Source of the DNA: an uncultured Candidatus Rokubacteria bacterium
GTDB lineage: Bacteria > Methylomirabilota > Methylomirabilia > Rokubacteriales > DASRDR01
Direction of reading: 5' to 3'
Assembly: GCA_963826115.1 (NCBI GenBank)
Contig: CAWGVS010000003.1
Coordinates: 67,926-131,925 of the forward strand
Length of the DNA stretch: 64,000 nucleotides
The notes beneath the pieces were generated by a model. The model searched no databases, had not been told where the DNA came from, and was given only the letters and a program-made list of their open reading frames with translations. Shown here in pieces: positions 61,104-64,000 of the stretch. Position numbers and translations under genes: made by a program. Positions within the stretch are counted from its first letter, which is position 1. Each line of letters starts with the position of its first letter.

Positions 61104-61289
61104 TCAGAACCGGACGGAGCAGCGGACGGAGACGGGCGGCGGACTGGCCGCCGCCGTGTGCCCGCCGCAGCGCTCCGGGGTCATCGACGCGCAGCCGCCC
61201 AGCCACAGCGCCACGATGACCGCGCCCAGCGTCGCGAGCGCGTCACGCCGGGGACGGGAGGGCCCGACACCCGATGCCGTCCTGCGCAC
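61104..61289 (-). CDS. small (61-aa) lipoprotein, hypothetical
   Basis: Tail of the spurious ORF 61104..61790. GTG 61289 lies 7 nt after a TATACT box, with no Shine-Dalgarno. ALATLGAVIVALWLGGC is a signal peptide plus lipobox. Confidence 0.35.
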   Translation of the reverse strand: MRRTASGVGPSRPRRDALATLGAVIVALWLGGCASMTPERCGGHTAAASPPPVSVRCSVRF

Positions 61290-61294
61290 GAACC

Positions 61295-61306
61295 CGAGTA
61301 TACTCG
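61295..61306. promoter_or_regulatory. perfect 12-bp palindrome CGAGTATACTCG in a divergent intergenic region
   Basis: Lies between the small lipoprotein ORF (minus) and the ABC exporter gene (plus, start 61438). It contains a TATAC(T) -10-like core on both strands. Confidence 0.35.
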
Positions 61307-61437
61307 CTCGTCCCCTGACACGACATGCGCGCCGCGATGGGCTCGACCGGTAGGATGTGGATGGGAGTGATGTGGCTTGATGAGCCTCGCCTGCACACCG
61401 TGACGGCGCCGATGACCCGCGCGCGAGCGGCACACGC

Positions 61438-63246
61438 ATGACCACGGCCGAGACGCCGGGGCCGGCCACGCCGACCGCCCGAGAGTTCGCCCGCATCCTG
61501 CGCTGGGTGGTCGGCCTCACCTGGACCACGAGCCCCACGCTCGTCCTCACCGTGCTCGGGCTGGCGCTCGCGCGCAGCACCGTGGCGGCCGGCCTCGCAC
61601 TGAGCGCCCGCGGCCTCATCAACGCCGTCGTGGCGGAGAGCCATCGGAGCCCGGGACACCTGGCGCCGGTCCTCCCGTGGCTCCTCGCCGCGCTGGGCTT
61701 CGGCTTCATCGAGGTGCTGGCGCCGCTCGGCAGCACCCGGGTGATCCAGCGCCTGACCGACGCCATCCAGCTCCGGGTCAACGTGGACATTCTGCGTCAC
61801 GCGTCCCGCCTGGACGCCGCCGACACCCAGGGCCCGAGCGGGCGCCATCTGCTCGAGCACGCGCGGGACGCCGCCGCGCACAAGCTCGGACAGCTGGTGA
61901 ACGAGCTCCTCACGATCGTGTCGGACGGCTCGCAGACCGTCCTGCTCGCCGCCGTGCTCGTTCACATCGAGCCGGCGACGCTCGTCGTCGTCGTTCCCGG
62001 CGCGGCTGCGTATCTGTACGCGGAGTGGCGGATGACGCGCATCGCGCACGAGGCCGCCCCGATCCGTCTGCTCCGCCAGCGATGGGGCCGCTACCTCTCG
62101 GACCTCCTGACCAACGCCCGCTCCGCCGGCCACGTGCGGCTGCTCGGCCTGGCGCCGACCCTCATCGACCGCTTCCTGGGGCTCATGCGGGAGCTCGAGG
62201 AATCGGAGCAGGCCCGCCGGCGCCATCAGTTCGGGACCGGCGCGGCGTTCGGCCTCGCGACCACGCTCCTCCTCACCGGCGTCCTGGCCTTCGTCGCGAG
62301 CCGGGTGATCGCCGGCCGGCTCACGGTCGGCGACGTCGCGGTGTTCGCGGCGGCGAGCCCCCGGCTGCGGCAGACGGTGCACCGTCTCGTCGGGGCCGTG
62401 ACCCGTTCGATGGAGGCCCTCCTGGCGGCCGATGCCATCCTCAGGTTCCTGGCGATTCCCGCGCCGCCGGTCCGATCCGCGGCGGCGTGGTCCGCCTCGG
62501 CGAGCCCCGGCGTGGAGATCGAGGACGTCTGGTTCACCTATCCGGGCGCGACGGCGCCCGCGCTGGCGGGCGTGAGCCTGAGCGTCCCGCCGGGCGAGAT
62601 GGTCGCCCTGGCCGGAGACAACGGCGCGGGCAAGACGACCCTCATGAAGCTGCTCGCCGGCCTCTACACGCCGCAGAAGGGCCGCATCCTCCTCGACGGG
62701 CGGGACCTTCGGGAGTGGCCGTTCGAGGCCCTGCGCGAGCGGCTCGTCCTGGTGTCGCCGGACAGCCCGCGGTTCGAGGCGACCGCGCGCGACAACGTCG
62801 CGTTCGGGCACTGGCCGGCGCTCGCCGACGCCCCGGAGACCGTCGAGCGCCTGGCCGCGGAGGCCGGCGTGCACCAGCGCCTGCGCGACCTGCCTCGCGG
62901 CTACGAGACGACGCTCGGCCCCGCGTTCGGCGAGCGGGACCTCTCCTCCGGCGAGTGGCAGCAGGTGGTCCTGGCGCGCGCGCTGACCCGTCCGGCCTCG
63001 CTCTGGCTCCTCGACGAGCCGACGGCGCACGTCGACCAGCGCTCGGAGCGCAACCAGCTCGACCGCCTCCGGGCTCTCGCGGCGGGCCGGACGATCCTCG
63101 TCGCGTCGCATCGGCCGGCGGTGCTCGCCCTCGCCTCGCGGATCGTGGTCCTCGAGCGCGGCCGGGTCGTCGAGTCGGGCGAGCGGGACGAGCTCCTCGT
63201 CCGCGGCGGGCGCTACGCCCGCCTGGTGGGGGCGCAGGGTTCGTGA
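61438..63246 (+). CDS. ABC exporter, fused transmembrane + ATP-binding protein (type I, MsbA/MdlB-like)
   Basis: 602-aa ORF with six N-terminal TM helices. Walker A GDNGAGKTT, signature LSSGEWQQ, Walker B LWLLDEP, H-loop ASHR. Confidence 0.88.
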   Translation: MTTAETPGPATPTAREFARILRWVVGLTWTTSPTLVLTVLGLALARSTVAAGLALSARGLINAVVAESHRSPGHLAPVLPWLLAALGFGFIEVLAPLGSTRVIQRLTDAIQLRVNVDILRHASRLDAADTQGPSGRHLLEHARDAAAHKLGQLVNELLTIVSDGSQTVLLAAVLVHIEPATLVVVVPGAAAYLYAEWRMTRIAHEAAPIRLLRQRWGRYLSDLLTNARSAGHVRLLGLAPTLIDRFLGLMRELEESEQARRRHQFGTGAAFGLATTLLLTGVLAFVASRVIAGRLTVGDVAVFAAASPRLRQTVHRLVGAVTRSMEALLAADAILRFLAIPAPPVRSAAAWSASASPGVEIEDVWFTYPGATAPALAGVSLSVPPGEMVALAGDNGAGKTTLMKLLAGLYTPQKGRILLDGRDLREWPFEALRERLVLVSPDSPRFEATARDNVAFGHWPALADAPETVERLAAEAGVHQRLRDLPRGYETTLGPAFGERDLSSGEWQQVVLARALTRPASLWLLDEPTAHVDQRSERNQLDRLRALAAGRTILVASHRPAVLALASRIVVLERGRVVESGERDELLVRGGRYARLVGAQGS

Positions 63247-63499
63247 TCGGGCGCGGGCGCCCGCGGGCGGGTCAGCCGCGGGAGACGGCCGCGTCCGACG
63301 TCAACCGACGCACCAGCTCCCCCGCCGACGCCCGATCCCGGTAGGCGACCCGGCCGAGACGCGCCTCGTAGCGCGGAATCCGCGCGGCGAGCGCCGTGCA
63401 GCGCCCCCGGAGCGCGGCCACACGCGGTCTGTGACGACGTAGAATCGCTCCGTCGACCGGGCTGGCCCGGGCGCCGCTCATCCTCGAGGGAGGGCTCGA

Positions 63500-64000
63500 A
63501 TGTCGCAGCCGAGAGTGGCCATCGTCACGGGCGCGGGCCAGGGCATCGGCGCCGGCGTCGCGAGGAGCTTCGCCGCCGCCGGCTACCGGGTGTCGCTGAT
63601 GTCGCCCTCGGAGCGCAGCGTGAACCTGGCCCGCGAGCTGGGCGGCATCGGGCGCCAGGGCTCGGTCCTGGACCCCGGAGACCTCGCGGCGCTCGTCGAT
63701 GGCACGCGGGCCGCCTTCGGGCGGATCGACGCGGTGGTGAACAACATGGGCCACGGCAGCGGCACGCCCCCCAGCGTCACCACGAGCACCGTGTTCGACC
63801 CGGACGGCTTTACGGATCCCCTCGCCTTCCCCGACGACACGTGGCACGAGGCGCTCGACATGTACGTGCTGACCGCGGTGCGCATGGCCCGGGCGGTGAC
63901 GCCGCTCATGGTGGCCCAGGGCGGCGGCGCGATCGTCAACATCTCCTCGATGAACGCGACCGAGCCGCGGCCGGGCTACTCGCAGATGAGCGTCCTGCGC
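63500..64000 (+). CDS. short-chain dehydrogenase/reductase, 5' part (runs off the window end)
   Basis: Own reading. ATG 63500 follows GAGGGAGGG. MSQPRVAIVTGAGQGIGAGVARSFAAAGYRV is the TGxxxGIG Rossmann motif. NNMG is present, and NISS sits near the window end. Confidence 0.75.
   Translation, partial: MSQPRVAIVTGAGQGIGAGVARSFAAAGYRVSLMSPSERSVNLARELGGIGRQGSVLDPGDLAALVDGTRAAFGRIDAVVNNMGHGSGTPPSVTTSTVFDPDGFTDPLAFPDDTWHEALDMYVLTAVRMARAVTPLMVAQGGGAIVNISSMNATEPRPGYSQMSVLR

Noticed and set aside
63272-63478. 68-codon minus-strand ORF (MSGARASPVDGAILRRHRPRVAALRG...) between the ABC exporter and the terminal SDR gene
   Set aside because: Third-position GC is high, so it might be real. But its ATG is only 21 nt from the divergent SDR start, it has no RBS or recognisable family, and it is part of a longer antisense ORF (63272..63847). 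Too weak to call.
1-64000. Search for rRNA, tRNA, CRISPR repeats, transposases, integrases, phage or toxin-antitoxin/defence modules
   Set aside because: I saw no periodic direct repeats with spacers, no tRNA-like T-arm or anticodon-arm signatures in the few non-coding gaps (all under 370 nt), and no recombinase or defence-type proteins in any frame. The window looks like core or metabolic chromosome rather than a mobile island.

Overview
Very GC-rich (by eye about 70%) bacterial chromosomal segment, densely coding on both strands. I support about 70 protein genes. I saw no rRNA, tRNA, CRISPR array, transposase or integrase. An OprD-type porin, several lipobox lipoproteins and a TolB-like propeller point to a diderm host.

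The centrepiece is a ~17 kb island (12.3-29.6 kb) for tetrahydromethanopterin (H4MPT)/methanofuran-linked C1 transfer:
- Oxidative module: fae, fhcD/ftr, mch and an Mtd-type dehydrogenase.
- Cofactor genes: mptG, an MptN-type ATP-grasp, a dihydropteroate-synthase-like gene, a PTPS-like gene, an HPPK-FolE2 fusion, mfnB, and DUF447, CitG-like, HisA/F-like, kinase-like and ASKHA-like genes.
- Many of these genes are chained by 4-nt ATGA/GTGA overlaps.
- fhcABC, a DmrA-type reductase and any primary C1 oxidation system are absent from the window.

Flanking regions:
- Left: an envelope operon, a PAS/GAF histidine kinase with two response regulators, a cNMP-domain/DASS-permease fusion and a secreted TIM-barrel hydrolase.
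- Right: metabolic, transport and stress genes, including a MocR regulator, an archaeal-type nucleotidyltransferase, ClC, peroxiredoxin, nucleoside hydrolase, phosphotriesterase-like protein, D-aminoacylase and YaeQ.
- Right, continued: a GntR/HutC-controlled ABC importer without ATPase genes, followed by unknown enzymes.

Oddities worth a second look:
- A near-consensus promoter plus ~240-nt leader in front of fae.
- A TATAAT-driven, apparently leaderless mfnB.
- DasR-like GTCTAGAC operators.
- Several places where the best-supported reading frame changes without a stop (mptG, the ABC binding-protein signal peptide). These are either real compensated frameshifts or assembly indels.

Most very long ORFs in the supplied track are antisense or off-frame shadows typical of GC-rich DNA.
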